Of a stretch of DNA of 64,000 nucleotides, positions 1-9,848 are shown one piece after another. The translations under genes were made by a program, and so were the position numbers. The stretch is from Candidatus Latescibacterota bacterium (GTDB taxonomy: Bacteria; Latescibacterota; UBA2968), in the NCBI GenBank assembly GCA_965207885.1, contig OZ242311.1, forward strand, positions 1,440,001 to 1,504,000, given 5' to 3'. Position 1 is the stretch's first letter. Each line of letters opens with the position of its first letter. The notes under the pieces are model-generated. The model was not told the DNA's origin. It saw only the letters and a list, made by a program, of their open reading frames with translations, and did no database searches.

Positions 1-6
1 TCTGTA

Positions 7-1284
7 GTGCTGGAGGATATCGAAACAGAGATCCCCCAAAATGTAATGGCGGGTTGGGGGCAAGACCTCCTGACATTGCCCGCACGTATTTGGGGCGGCA
101 TCAAAGGGGAAAGTGTTTTGGCACAGCGCGAAGACGCATTGATGGCTGATTTGCGAAACAGGCTCTCGGATTTGCCGCAGATAAAAGCCGATTTTTCACG
201 CCCTGCACTATTTAGTTTTAAGACACCTATAGAAGTAGAAATTCGCGGTTATGATTTGCCAACATTGACCCAATTGGGGCGCGAAGCCGAGCGGGTAATG
301 AGCGAGATTCCCGGACTTTACGATGTGAAATCGAGCCTTCAGCGCGGCAACCCGGAAGTGCAAATTGTCTATAAGCGTGAATTGTTAGCAAAATACAACT
401 TGAATGTGCGTCAGGTAGCCTCGCTGGTGCGCGAAAAAGTACAGGGCAATGTGGTGACGCGATTTCGAGAGGCCGACCGACGCATTGATGTGCTGGTGCG
501 CGTAGATGAGGCCGACCGCGCCGGAGTAACTGAGTTGCGTCGGCTGGTGGTGAACCCGGGACGACAGCAAGTGCCCATTCGCCTATCTGCGATAGCCGAA
601 ATTGAAGTACACGAAGGACCGAGTGAAATTCGGCGCATAGATCAACAGCGCGCAGTTCTGATTTCAGCCAATGTGAGCGGTATAGACCTGGGAACAATGA
701 CCGCTATGATTCAGCAGGCACTGGAAACAATGGAAGTACCCCAGGATGTGTCGATGGTCATTGGCGGGCAAAACAAAGAAATGGAGACATCGTTGAACAG
801 TTTGACCTTTGCATTGGCTCTCGCAATTTTTCTCGTGTACATCGTAATGGCCTCGCAATTTGAATCATTTCTCCATCCATTCGTAATTATGTTTAGCATT
901 CCACTGGCACTGATTGGCGTAATCGTCATTCTATTTCTCACGGGCATACCTCTTTCCGTCGTGGTGTTTTTGGGCGTTATCATGCTGGCGGGCATTGTGG
1001 TGAACAATGCCATTGTGCTCGTAGATTATATCAACCATCTGCGGCGCAGTGGTCTGTCCAAATTGGAAGCAATCGCGCAGGCCGGCGAAGTGCGATTGCG
1101 CCCCATCTTGATGACCACATCGACAACCGTGCTGGGATTATTGCCCATGGCACTCGGCCTGGGCGATGGCGCAGAAATCCGCACGCCAATGGCGATCACC
1201 GTCGTTGCCGGACTAATCAGTTCCACCCTATTAACACTGGTAATTATTCCAACCGTATATTCTCTAATGGACCGCAGCGAATGA
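7..1284 (+). CDS. RND efflux permease, AcrB/AcrD/AcrF family (C-terminal part; 5' end outside window)
   Basis: Motifs SQFES..HPFVI, GIVVNNAIVLVD, RLRPILMT and PMAITVVAGL typical of RND TM8-12. Confidence 0.93.
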   Translation: MLEDIETEIPQNVMAGWGQDLLTLPARIWGGIKGESVLAQREDALMADLRNRLSDLPQIKADFSRPALFSFKTPIEVEIRGYDLPTLTQLGREAERVMSEIPGLYDVKSSLQRGNPEVQIVYKRELLAKYNLNVRQVASLVREKVQGNVVTRFREADRRIDVLVRVDEADRAGVTELRRLVVNPGRQQVPIRLSAIAEIEVHEGPSEIRRIDQQRAVLISANVSGIDLGTMTAMIQQALETMEVPQDVSMVIGGQNKEMETSLNSLTFALALAIFLVYIVMASQFESFLHPFVIMFSIPLALIGVIVILFLTGIPLSVVVFLGVIMLAGIVVNNAIVLVDYINHLRRSGLSKLEAIAQAGEVRLRPILMTTSTTVLGLLPMALGLGDGAEIRTPMAITVVAGLISSTLLTLVIIPTVYSLMDRSE

Positions 1285-1383
1285 CCAGTCCCCAACTCCT
1301 AAGATTTTTTTCCAATTGACTTTTGACAACTTTCCATTTTCTTAAACACTTGTAGTTCTTTATGGCAAGGAAGCAAATACCCG

Positions 1384-1411
1384 GTAACTTTTTGGGCGTT
1401 TTGTCGTCTAA
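1384..1411 (+). promoter_or_regulatory. Putative ECF sigma-type promoter upstream of the TolC gene
   Basis: GTAACTT ... CGTCTAA with AAC-N16-CGTC spacing (AAC 1386-1388, CGTC 1405-1408), about 50 bp before the ATG. Confidence 0.45.
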
Positions 1412-1463
1412 CCCTTGTAACAACGATAGTCATCCTATTTGCCGAAACATGGAGATTTGAACG

Positions 1464-2837
1464 ATGCGTTGCGTTAAATATATTGCTGTATTGGCAATTA
1501 TCTTTGCCAGTGTGAATACCAATGCTCAAGAAGATCGGCGGGAAATGCGCCTCACGCTAAACGAGTGTGTGGAGATCGCGCTGACGAGCAGTGCCCAGAT
1601 CGAGCAATTCAAGTACACAGTTGCGATTGCTGAGACCCAGGTAGATAATGCGCGAAATAGTTTTTTCCCGACTAATTCTACGATGAACTGGGGGCTCAAT
1701 AGAAGTGTTCAGGGACCGCGTGAAGGACAAGTTCTGGATCAGACAACCGGTACTCTGGTGCAGTTATTGGGGGAAGATCGAATTGGTGGTGGGCAGAACT
1801 TCAGAATTGGTGGACTGTCAATGCCGATTTATGACGGTCAGATCATCTCCCAGCTATCGAGCGCGAAAAACAGCCTGATGCAAACGCAAATGCAACAAGT
1901 AGTCACTCGCCAAACGATCATTTTTCAAACCAAGCAGCGCTACTTTCTATTGTTGCAAGCCATTAAATTATTGGAAGTCCAGCAAGAGCGCGTGCGAGTA
2001 TCCGAAGAAAGTCTGCGCAGGGCAGAGACATTGTACGAAATTGGGTCCGCTGCAATTTTGCAGGTAACGAACGCAAGATCAAATCTGGCGGGTTTGCGCG
2101 CAACCCTGATTCAGCGAGAAAATGCCGTGTTCATCGCCCAGTCAAACCTGGCATTTACAATGGGCCTGGGCACGGATGTGGATATTATTCCATCAGAAGA
2201 AGAGTTTGAACTTCTGACTCCGAAATATTCTGAAAGCGATGCACTATCTATAGCCCTTAAAGAACACCCCGACATTCTGGGTACCAAGTACAGTATGCTG
2301 GCGTCCCGGGACACTTATAATGCGACGAGAAAGAGTTTGTACCATCCCAGAATAACGATGAGCACGGGTGCTTATAGCTGGAGCATTGGTAAGGATGAGG
2401 AATTTGGCGGTATAGAAGACATATTCCTCAAGAACTATAATTACAGTTTTAGTATCGGCGTGACCATGCCCCTTTTTAACTTCAATACGAGCATCAACCT
2501 GAAACGGCAAAAGTTGCTGTATTTGCGCAGTCAGGAACAGTTAGATCAGGCCAAACGACAAAAAGCATTGGACCTTCGACTGCGCTATCTCAACCTGGAG
2601 CGCTTTCGGCGTTTGATCGAAGCAAATGAAGTGGCAGTGCAAGCGGCTGAAGAAAATTTTAAGCTGGAAGAAGAGCGGTATAATTTTGGCGGGGGAACTT
2701 TTCTCGAGCGATTGACCGCTCAGCGCGATTTGTTTGATGCACGCAATAATCTCGTGCAGTCAAAATACAACTATCTGATCGAAATGGCGAATTTGGAAAG
2801 CGAAGTCGGCACACCTGTTGTCGGAAATCCTGAATAA
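1464..2837 (+). CDS. TolC-family outer membrane efflux protein
   Basis: Signal peptide, LTLNECVEIAL start, two OEP repeats (YEIG / YNFGG), RBS GGAG. Confidence 0.9.
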   Translation: MRCVKYIAVLAIIFASVNTNAQEDRREMRLTLNECVEIALTSSAQIEQFKYTVAIAETQVDNARNSFFPTNSTMNWGLNRSVQGPREGQVLDQTTGTLVQLLGEDRIGGGQNFRIGGLSMPIYDGQIISQLSSAKNSLMQTQMQQVVTRQTIIFQTKQRYFLLLQAIKLLEVQQERVRVSEESLRRAETLYEIGSAAILQVTNARSNLAGLRATLIQRENAVFIAQSNLAFTMGLGTDVDIIPSEEEFELLTPKYSESDALSIALKEHPDILGTKYSMLASRDTYNATRKSLYHPRITMSTGAYSWSIGKDEEFGGIEDIFLKNYNYSFSIGVTMPLFNFNTSINLKRQKLLYLRSQEQLDQAKRQKALDLRLRYLNLERFRRLIEANEVAVQAAEENFKLEEERYNFGGGTFLERLTAQRDLFDARNNLVQSKYNYLIEMANLESEVGTPVVGNPE

Positions 2838-2852
2838 TACGGAGGCGAGTTT

Positions 2853-3311
2853 ATGGGTATGTTTTATCGAACTGGTGTGGGATTGGTTGCGGCTGCTCTG
2901 ATCTTGAGCATGGCTGTACCTGCCCAGGCTGTAGGTAAGGACTTTTTGATGCGATCAAAATTTCACAGTGCACTGATGTTTGGCCTGGGTGGCGTTCTGG
3001 TTAAGCAAGCATTCGATGCAAAAAAAGAGGCCAATGATGCGTATGATCTTTACAAACAAGCCGGCACCTCTGCATTGGCACGAGAATTTTACGATAATTC
3101 CAAGCGTCATGACACCCGCGCCGCAGTATTGGGCGTTGCCGGTGGCGCAGCGATTCTTTTTTCCGTGCATCTGTTTATGAAAGAAGACGAGAGTGGTTTG
3201 CCTCCCCCGGAAATGAATCGGGGCATCGTGAATATCAAAGGTGTGGCATTAGATATAAAAGGCGATGTGTTTCAGAGAAAGATGCAGGTTCAGTTAAAAA
3301 AAGGATTTTAA
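2853..3311 (+). CDS. Hypothetical exported/membrane protein
   Basis: RBS GGAGG, signal peptide ending AQA, two hydrophobic segments, C-terminal Phe. Confidence 0.7.
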   Translation: MGMFYRTGVGLVAAALILSMAVPAQAVGKDFLMRSKFHSALMFGLGGVLVKQAFDAKKEANDAYDLYKQAGTSALAREFYDNSKRHDTRAAVLGVAGGAAILFSVHLFMKEDESGLPPPEMNRGIVNIKGVALDIKGDVFQRKMQVQLKKGF

Positions 3312-3323
3312 AGCATAAAAAAT

Positions 3324-3364
3324 AAAAAAAGGGTCAATGCTCGCGTGAGTGTTGACCCTTTTTT
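3324..3364. terminator. Intrinsic terminator, possibly bidirectional
   Basis: A-run, GGGTCAATGCTC-gcgt-GAGTGTTGACCC stem (with G:U pairs), T-run. Confidence 0.85.
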
Positions 3365-3391
3365 GCATGGTATTTGTGGAGGGCGTTTGAC

Positions 3392-3886
3392 ATGCCATCG
3401 GGTAAAACACATACGCGGATTGATCTTTTTTTGCTGGTAATCATTATCGGCATAGGAGCCTGCTTTTGGAATCCCCTCGTCGAATATTTCGGACGCGATG
3501 AAATGGTCGAATACGGAACTGTTTTTGTGGTTGCCTACTTATTTGGCACGTTTTTACTATCGCCCGACCTGGACTTAAAAGCCAGTGACCCGTTGAAAAA
3601 CTGGGGGATTTTGCGTTTGCTGTGGCGGCCTTATTCTCATATTTTCAAACACAGAGGACTTTCTCATACGCCGATTGTGGGCACCCTGACCCGGGTGCTT
3701 TATATTTTCATAGTTGTGTACGCAATCGCAGCTGTAGCCAACGCATTCTTTGATCTGGGTTGGAAAATGTCGTTTGACGACTTGAAAGACCTGGATTTCA
3801 AAATCGTTATATGGGCACTCGCGGGGCTGTGTTTGCCCGATCTTTTTCACATTTTAGCCGATCACACACTTAAAAACGCCCGTTGA
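3392..3886 (+). CDS. DUF2227-like putative metal-binding membrane protein
   Basis: Starts MPSGKTH; motifs LSPDLD, W..Y...F.HRGLSH, HILAD; RBS GGAGG supports ATG 3392. Confidence 0.85.
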   Translation: MPSGKTHTRIDLFLLVIIIGIGACFWNPLVEYFGRDEMVEYGTVFVVAYLFGTFLLSPDLDLKASDPLKNWGILRLLWRPYSHIFKHRGLSHTPIVGTLTRVLYIFIVVYAIAAVANAFFDLGWKMSFDDLKDLDFKIVIWALAGLCLPDLFHILADHTLKNAR

Positions 3887-3911
3887 CTTCTGGTTTAGTG
3901 CCCCTTATATT
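3883..3911 (+). promoter_or_regulatory. sigma70-type promoter of the M23-bactofilin operon
   Basis: TTGACT-17 bp-TATATT. Confidence 0.55.
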
Positions 3912-3944
3912 GCACACCCCACAGCTCAAGGCATTAACGGAGGC

Positions 3945-4778
3945 GTGTTGAACTGGCAACGCAAAAATTTTTCAGTGCTGGTCATTCCAGACGATGGATC
4001 AAGGACCCTGAAGTTTAAGCTCAGTTATCGCATGCTATTGGGGATAGGTTCGGGATTGGCCTTTGCCCTGTGTATGGTATTTATCGGTCTGTTTTTTTTC
4101 TGGCAGGCCCTATCCTGGAAACACACCGCGCAAACTCTTGAACAGGAAAATGAGCGTCTATACGCCGACGTTGCCCGCGTGGATGAACTGGCGCAAGTGG
4201 TAATGCGTATGCAGGTCGGAGAGCAAAAACTGCGTTCTATATTGGCAGGTCACATGGGTTTGTCGCCAATACCCGATGAAGCGCAGTACATTGAAGGATC
4301 CTATGAAATAGCAACCCTATTGGTGCAAAACAAGCCACGTAGTGGTCTGGATATGCACTGGATTCCCGCAATCTGGCCTGTACCCCCTTCTCTTGGATGG
4401 GTGGCACGCGCATTTGAAGTGGGAGACAACTGCGTCAATGGGTTATCCCCGAGTGGCGTATTGAAAAAATGCCACTCGGGGATTGATATCGCCGCCAGTG
4501 CAGGGACACCCGTGCAGGCCACAGCCAATGGACAGGTGACATTTGCAGATTTCGATCCCGAGTTGGGACATATGGTGGTTATTGATCACGGTGGTATTTA
4601 TACGACGCGGTATGGTCACAACCGCGTACTGCTGGTCAAAGAAGGGGACTATGTCAGACAAGGGCAATACATTGCACAGGTAGGCACCTCAACGCAAAGC
4701 CGTGAACCTCATTTACACTACGAAGTTATCGAAGGGGGACGGGCATGCAATCCGCACGATTTCTTACCTCAAAATTAG
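3945..4778 (+). CDS. Membrane-anchored M23 family metallopeptidase
   Basis: N-terminal TM and coiled coil; HSGID (HxxxD), YGH and PHLHYEV (HxH) motifs. Confidence 0.9.
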   Translation: MLNWQRKNFSVLVIPDDGSRTLKFKLSYRMLLGIGSGLAFALCMVFIGLFFFWQALSWKHTAQTLEQENERLYADVARVDELAQVVMRMQVGEQKLRSILAGHMGLSPIPDEAQYIEGSYEIATLLVQNKPRSGLDMHWIPAIWPVPPSLGWVARAFEVGDNCVNGLSPSGVLKKCHSGIDIAASAGTPVQATANGQVTFADFDPELGHMVVIDHGGIYTTRYGHNRVLLVKEGDYVRQGQYIAQVGTSTQSREPHLHYEVIEGGRACNPHDFLPQN

Positions 4779-5242
4779 CGAAGTTGAACAAACAAGACCA
4801 CGTAGAAGCCATCAATACAATTGTGGGCGAGGGGTCGGTTGTGGAAGGGCATTTTCAGATCGACGATAGTATCCGAGTAGATGGGACTTTTCGCGGAAAA
4901 ATCACGTCTTCTGGTTCACTGATCGTCAGTACTCAGGGAGAGGTAGATGCCGATTTGATTCAGGTAAAAGATGCGGTTGTTGACGGATGTGTCAAAGGAC
5001 CTCTGGACGCCTCGCACTCCGTAAGACTTGGCCCCAGTGCTGAGGTTGATGGCGACATTACAACTCAAGTGTTGATAGTCGAAAAAGGTGCTGTATTGCG
5101 CGGGACATGCGCTGTAGCACCCAATGCTGTAGATATAAAAAAGCAGAAAGAGGACAAAGAGAAACAGGAAGAGGGCGATATAGAAAAACAAGAAGAGATG
5201 GATATAGAAAAGCAGGAAGAAGTCGAGCAGGTAGCAGATTGA
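4745..5242 (+). CDS. Bactofilin (polymer-forming cytoskeletal protein) with acidic tail
   Basis: Beta-helix pattern TIVGEG..VEG / IRVDG.F.G.I / VDGDI...L.VEKGA.L.G; next to M23 peptidase; exact start uncertain. Confidence 0.88.
   Translation: MQSARFLTSKLAKLNKQDHVEAINTIVGEGSVVEGHFQIDDSIRVDGTFRGKITSSGSLIVSTQGEVDADLIQVKDAVVDGCVKGPLDASHSVRLGPSAEVDGDITTQVLIVEKGAVLRGTCAVAPNAVDIKKQKEDKEKQEEGDIEKQEEMDIEKQEEVEQVAD
5162..5221 (+). repeat. Imperfect 24-bp tandem repeat (about 2.5 units)
   Basis: Encodes KQEEGDIE-KQEEMDIE-KQEE. Confidence 0.75.
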
Positions 5243-5259
5243 TCGACACCGCAATAGAC

Positions 5260-5292
5260 AAAAAAACGCGCGTTTATGACGCGCGTTTTTTT
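5260..5292. terminator. Bidirectional intrinsic terminator between convergent genes
   Basis: AAAAAAACGCGCGT-ttatg-ACGCGCGTTTTTTT. Confidence 0.9.
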
Positions 5293-5333
5293 ATGCCTAT
5301 CCGAAAGGCTGACCCGCTGATACCGAATCGCAT

Positions 5334-6629
5334 TCAGCACATGATTTGATAACGACCATTGGGCAAAAGACGCCGTGCATTGTGTTGGCTGAGTTTAACC
5401 TCCATTAAAACATCATTGCCCTTGTAGTCCGTGTGCAAAACCTCGCCAATTCGGTAGAGTTCTGACAGGAGTTTGCCCTCGCGTTGCGGAATCTGAACCA
5501 CGAGCGTCAGACGGTCGCCCTCAAGGTGGTTGTAGATCGCCAACCGCAGGTCTTCGAGTCCATCGCCCGTCTCAGCAGAAAGCCAGACCGCGTCGGGATA
5601 TGTCGCTTTTAGATATTTGCGTCTGGCCCGATCGTCTAACAGATCACTTTTGTTAAACACCATCATAGTCGGTCTATCGGCCACATCGAGTTCCCCAAGC
5701 ACCTCAATCACCGTAGCGATGTGTTCTTCACAAGCTGGATGACTGACGTCAACCACATGCAGCAAAAGATCGGCTTCGATTGCCTCTTCAAGGGTACTGT
5801 GAAAAGAAGCGATCAGATGGTGGGGCAGCTTTTTAATAAAACCAACAGTATCGGACAAAAGAATATCGCGGTTATAACCGAGGGAGACGCGCCGCGTAGT
5901 GGAATCAAGCGTGGCAAAGAGCCGGTCTTCGATCAACACATCGGCGCCAGAAAGGGCACGCATAAGGGTGGATTTGCCCGCATTGGTATAGCCGACAAGT
6001 GCTGCGCGAAAAATATCGGTGCGTTGTTTGCGGGCAATCTCGCGCTGTCTGGCAATGCGGCCCAGTGCTTGTTTGAGAATAGTAATGCGGCGATTGGTCG
6101 CGCGCCGATCCACCTCGAGCTGCGTTTCACCCGGGCCGCGCGTACCCACCCCGCCAGTGCCACCAGTACCGCCAGCCTGCCGCGAAAGATGGGTCCATTG
6201 ACGGGTCAACCGGGGCAACATATAGATAAGTTGAGCCAACTCGACCTGAGTCTGGGCTTCTCGAGTCTTGGCGCGACTGGCAAAGATATCGAGGATGAGT
6301 CGGCTGCGATCGATAATTTTAACTTCAAGCAGGGTTTCGAGATTGCGGGTTTGTGCCGGCGAGAGATCTTCGTCAAAAATAACGACTTGTGCATGGTGTT
6401 CTACGACCTGTTCGACGAGTTCTTCGGCCTTGCCGCGACCAATCAGGTACGCAGGGTCTCTGCGCCCGCGTTCCTGAAGCACCTGCACGGCAACATCAAC
6501 ACCCGCCGTATCCGCCAAAAGCCCGAGTTCGTCAAGCGTGTCCTGTGCTTCGCCCAGTGAAATGCCGGGCAGCGCAAGCCCGACGAGTATGCCCCGCTCA
6601 AGCGCGTGTTCTTTTGTGATATCGTACAT
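5334..6629 (-). CDS. hflX: Ribosome-splitting GTPase HflX
   Basis: RGPGETQLE.DRR, GYTNAGKSTL, LFATLDSTTR, DTVGFI, NKSD. Confidence 0.97.
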   Translation of the reverse strand: MYDITKEHALERGILVGLALPGISLGEAQDTLDELGLLADTAGVDVAVQVLQERGRRDPAYLIGRGKAEELVEQVVEHHAQVVIFDEDLSPAQTRNLETLLEVKIIDRSRLILDIFASRAKTREAQTQVELAQLIYMLPRLTRQWTHLSRQAGGTGGTGGVGTRGPGETQLEVDRRATNRRITILKQALGRIARQREIARKQRTDIFRAALVGYTNAGKSTLMRALSGADVLIEDRLFATLDSTTRRVSLGYNRDILLSDTVGFIKKLPHHLIASFHSTLEEAIEADLLLHVVDVSHPACEEHIATVIEVLGELDVADRPTMMVFNKSDLLDDRARRKYLKATYPDAVWLSAETGDGLEDLRLAIYNHLEGDRLTLVVQIPQREGKLLSELYRIGEVLHTDYKGNDVLMEVKLSQHNARRLLPNGRYQIMC

Positions 6630-6665
6630 AGTAGTGATTAAGTAAGTGTGTTATTGCAACTCTCA

Positions 6666-6687
6666 TGCATCCATCCGGATGGATGCA
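6666..6687. repeat. Perfect 22-bp palindrome
   Basis: TGCATCCATCC|GGATGGATGCA between the HIT stop and the hflX start. Confidence 0.85.
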
Positions 6688-6703
6688 CTTTGGAATATCC
6701 CAT

Positions 6704-7204
6704 CTAAATAGTCTTGAAATTCGGCCTTATAATAGACGCAATCTCTTCCGCCCGTTCCCATGACACGGTCACCTTCTGCTTCAAACCCCCATCTTTTGGC
6801 TGTAAGGCAGCGATATGCGGTGGTCCACTCCCCCAGGTGCTCGACTTTCTGCGAGGTACAACGTGCATGTGAAAATGCGGCACCTCCTGCAAACTGGCCA
6901 CACCGTTATTCTGATAGACCGTAATCCCATCTGGATTGAAAGTTTTAACAAGTGCTTTCGCTGCTATTCGGACCATCTTCACAATTTCACCAGCCTCATC
7001 ATCCGTCAAATCCAATATCATCGGCGCATGGCGGCGAGGAACAACGAGAAGCTGGCCGATTTCAAACTGCCTGGGATTGAGCAACGCAAGCGTCTTGTCA
7101 GTCGAATGGATAACATGCCTCATTTCACCGCGTCCGGCAACTATTTCACAAAATGGACATGGATCCCATGTCGGCATCTCAAAAGGGGCAACAGTATCAC
7201 TCAT
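6704..7204 (-). CDS. HIT family protein
   Basis: CPFCEI and QEVPHFHMHVVPR (HxHxH). Confidence 0.93.
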   Translation of the reverse strand: MSDTVAPFEMPTWDPCPFCEIVAGRGEMRHVIHSTDKTLALLNPRQFEIGQLLVVPRRHAPMILDLTDDEAGEIVKMVRIAAKALVKTFNPDGITVYQNNGVASLQEVPHFHMHVVPRRKSSTWGSGPPHIAALQPKDGGLKQKVTVSWERAEEIASIIRPNFKTI

Positions 7205-7218
7205 CTCTCATCCTCATC

Positions 7219-8115
7219 TCATCCGCTTTGATTTTCTCTCCCCCAGTGCTTTTGTCGCACCAATGGCATCCAGCCAAACCGCTTATAGAACCTTCCCGCG
7301 CCAGCCTGTTCGTCCTCCCGCGCAACGGACAGCACGACCCGATCGCACTCAGCCAGCCGCAGCCATTCAACAGCGTGACGGACAACCCACGAACCGACTC
7401 CCTGATTTCGCATTGAATCGCTCGTCTCGACCTCCGAAAGCTCAGCCCATCCCGCCAATGCGGGCAACTGGCCGCCTTCAGTAAGATCCGAAATACATTC
7501 ACAGTGCGCAACATCTCGTCCTTCCCATCGCGCGACAAATCGGGTACCGAATTTCCCCACATCGCGATGGATTGTTACACCTCTTACTGGCGGCTCACCA
7601 GGAGAAGAAATTTCATTCAGCGTGCCACCATAGACGGTTGAATCAACTTCCCTATTCGATGAATAACCAAATCGCTCTATCAGATCAGCTATGTGCGGCC
7701 AGACCTTCGGTATTCCTACACAAGTATGAACCGGCAAGGTACCCGAAATCCTCTCGTCCAATACCTGCCAGGCATTCATTTGACGCCGGCACTCCGTCAT
7801 GATTACCTCGCCAGCTTCACGCTCTCCGGGCCAAAACAAGATCCAATCAATTTCTCCAACGCCCCTCCAGCGCGTGTCGTCACCGTATCGGAGGAGATGC
7901 GCCGCCGCGCAAACGCGATCTCTGACTATTCCAACAATGGACCTTCTCTCAACAACCCAGGGATCAACGACTTCCTCCCGCGGATTTCTCTTCAGATGCT
8001 TCCAAAAGTAATCGGGTGTCAAGCTCCACCCGGGTATCACGGTGCTGAGATGACTATTCACAAGATCCATGACTTGGGGTAGATGAAAGCGATCAAGTGG
8101 TGCTATTTGTACCAT
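7219..8115 (-). CDS. GNAT family N-acetyltransferase (two-domain)
   Basis: C-terminal RNQGVG and AGRFYKRFGW; start set to MVQIAP. Confidence 0.8.
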   Translation of the reverse strand: MVQIAPLDRFHLPQVMDLVNSHLSTVIPGWSLTPDYFWKHLKRNPREEVVDPWVVERRSIVGIVRDRVCAAAHLLRYGDDTRWRGVGEIDWILFWPGEREAGEVIMTECRRQMNAWQVLDERISGTLPVHTCVGIPKVWPHIADLIERFGYSSNREVDSTVYGGTLNEISSPGEPPVRGVTIHRDVGKFGTRFVARWEGRDVAHCECISDLTEGGQLPALAGWAELSEVETSDSMRNQGVGSWVVRHAVEWLRLAECDRVVLSVAREDEQAGAGRFYKRFGWMPLVRQKHWGRENQSG

Positions 8116-8581
8116 ATAATTTCTCATAAAAAACAATAGTCATTCTGTCATTGAGCTCTCGCGTAATACCAGTTCTCCTATAGCCCATTTTCTCATAAAA
8201 ATAACAATTGCCTTCCTCTTGTAAAATCGTCTCAAGCTCCCAGTGCTCCGCATCAACAACATCTTCAACAAGTGCCATAGCATCCTGACCATACCCCTTC
8301 CCCTGATGCTCTGGGACGATAAACATGGGACTAATCCTCGCCCGTCTCACCTCGCCATCGTAGATAATTCTGATCGCTCCGATTCGCACGCCGTCAAGCA
8401 TAATGAAGTAATAAGTGGTATGGGGCTGCTTTAATCTGTCGATAACCCGTTCAACATCTTCAGTGGCTGGATTCGTATCGTAATCCCGATACTTGCGAAG
8501 CAGTGGCAAAAATGACTCAATCTGAAGTCCGTGAATAGCTTCGGCATCTCTAATAGATGCTTTCTTTAAACTGATTCGCAT
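8093..8581 (-). CDS. GNAT family N-acetyltransferase
   Basis: PEHQGKGYG, N..FYEKMGY; RBS AGGTG before ATG 8581. Confidence 0.88.
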   Translation of the reverse strand: MRISLKKASIRDAEAIHGLQIESFLPLLRKYRDYDTNPATEDVERVIDRLKQPHTTYYFIMLDGVRIGAIRIIYDGEVRRARISPMFIVPEHQGKGYGQDAMALVEDVVDAEHWELETILQEEGNCYFYEKMGYRRTGITRELNDRMTIVFYEKLYGTNSTT

Positions 8582-8585
8582 AAGT

Positions 8586-9137
8586 TCACCTATTTTTTCG
8601 AGCCTCCCATTCATCACGCAATAACCCACACCACACCATGTTTTTAAATTCGCCTCTCAGATAGATATCCTGGCGCAGGACACCTTCACGGACCATTCCG
8701 AGCTTCTCCATTACCCGGAGAGAACCCACATTCCTCTCATCGGCTGCAGCGCGAATGCGATTCAACTCTGGATAGCCTGAAAACGATTCGTCGATAACAG
8801 CACCCGCAGCTTCCGTAGTCAACCCTTTTCCCCAAAAGCGTCGGGCAATGCTATAGCCCATTTCGCCAACGCGATTATCAAAATCAAACCCAATATTGAT
8901 TCCACCAATAACAGAACCAGCGTATTCAATCGCCCAGGACACGTGTGTTTTGCGATCCTGCAACACTTGACCTGCTACAAATTTTTCGGCATCTGCTCTC
9001 GTGTAGGGTTGGGGAACCGGGAGAAAACGCGCCCATTCCGGATCAGATGCGTATAACAAAACATCTTCAACATCCACAAGGCTAAACAGCCTGAGTATCA
9101 ATCGGTCTGTTTGAATAAGTTCTGACAGCATTTTCAT
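8586..9137 (-). CDS. RimJ/RimL-type GNAT acetyltransferase
   Basis: TDRLILR, FWGKGLTTEA, N.GS.RVMEKLGM..EG.LR. Confidence 0.92.
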   Translation of the reverse strand: MKMLSELIQTDRLILRLFSLVDVEDVLLYASDPEWARFLPVPQPYTRADAEKFVAGQVLQDRKTHVSWAIEYAGSVIGGINIGFDFDNRVGEMGYSIARRFWGKGLTTEAAGAVIDESFSGYPELNRIRAAADERNVGSLRVMEKLGMVREGVLRQDIYLRGEFKNMVWCGLLRDEWEARKNR

Positions 9138-9151
9138 GTCTCTTTTTTCAG

Positions 9152-9772
9152 TCAGCGCACATCCTCATTTAACCACCTGGAAAAACTCTCGTCATTGGTG
9201 TACTCATAGGCAAAACCACCACAACCTCTGAACAACTTTGGCTCCTTGCTGCCATCTTCAATCAAGAGACTATTTTCATAGTGAATATCATCCCCCAGCG
9301 CTTTAAATGCAATGGGCCAGAGTACGCGCTTATCGAATTCTCCGTAATCAGAAGAATTGATAATCACATCAAATTTTTCATCCAATCTATGCGCTGGAAC
9401 GACGACATTTGAGAAAACATCCATATTGGCAGTTACAATTGCAGTTCGTCTCCCTTGACTTCTCTGCGCGAGCGCGAAATTCAGAACTGCCTCGTTAAAG
9501 TCAAGATCTCTGCATCCCAACGCCATAGTTTTCAAAACCGTAGAAATATCCATATTTGCGTGATCGGAGACAATGGCCGCAATATCTCTAAGACCCAGGG
9601 CATTCGTCATCCACATCCTGCAGACAGGCCGATTGGCGAACACATGCTCTTGGATAATATCGTGCCACTCGGGACATTCAGGTGGAGATACCTTGAAATA
9701 GAGATCCGATGACAACGTAAAACCGAAATCGAAAACAATACACTTGATCTTACTCAGATCACCAACCTTCAT
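9152..9772 (-). CDS. HAD-superfamily hydrolase-like protein
   Basis: IVFDFGFTL motif I, IVTAN, LLIEDG motif IV. Confidence 0.7.
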   Translation of the reverse strand: MKVGDLSKIKCIVFDFGFTLSSDLYFKVSPPECPEWHDIIQEHVFANRPVCRMWMTNALGLRDIAAIVSDHANMDISTVLKTMALGCRDLDFNEAVLNFALAQRSQGRRTAIVTANMDVFSNVVVPAHRLDEKFDVIINSSDYGEFDKRVLWPIAFKALGDDIHYENSLLIEDGSKEPKLFRGCGGFAYEYTNDESFSRWLNEDVR

Positions 9773-9786
9773 TTCCCACACCTTTT

Positions 9787-9848
9787 GACTGAACTTTTGG
9801 AATAGTCTCGAAATGGTGAAGGCATCAATCTACAAATTGGGATTCAAT
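9787..9848. repeat. 62-bp imperfect direct repeat, copy 1 (APH 3' end plus downstream DNA)
   Basis: 55/62 identical to 13941-14002 by hand alignment, no gaps. Confidence 0.9.
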
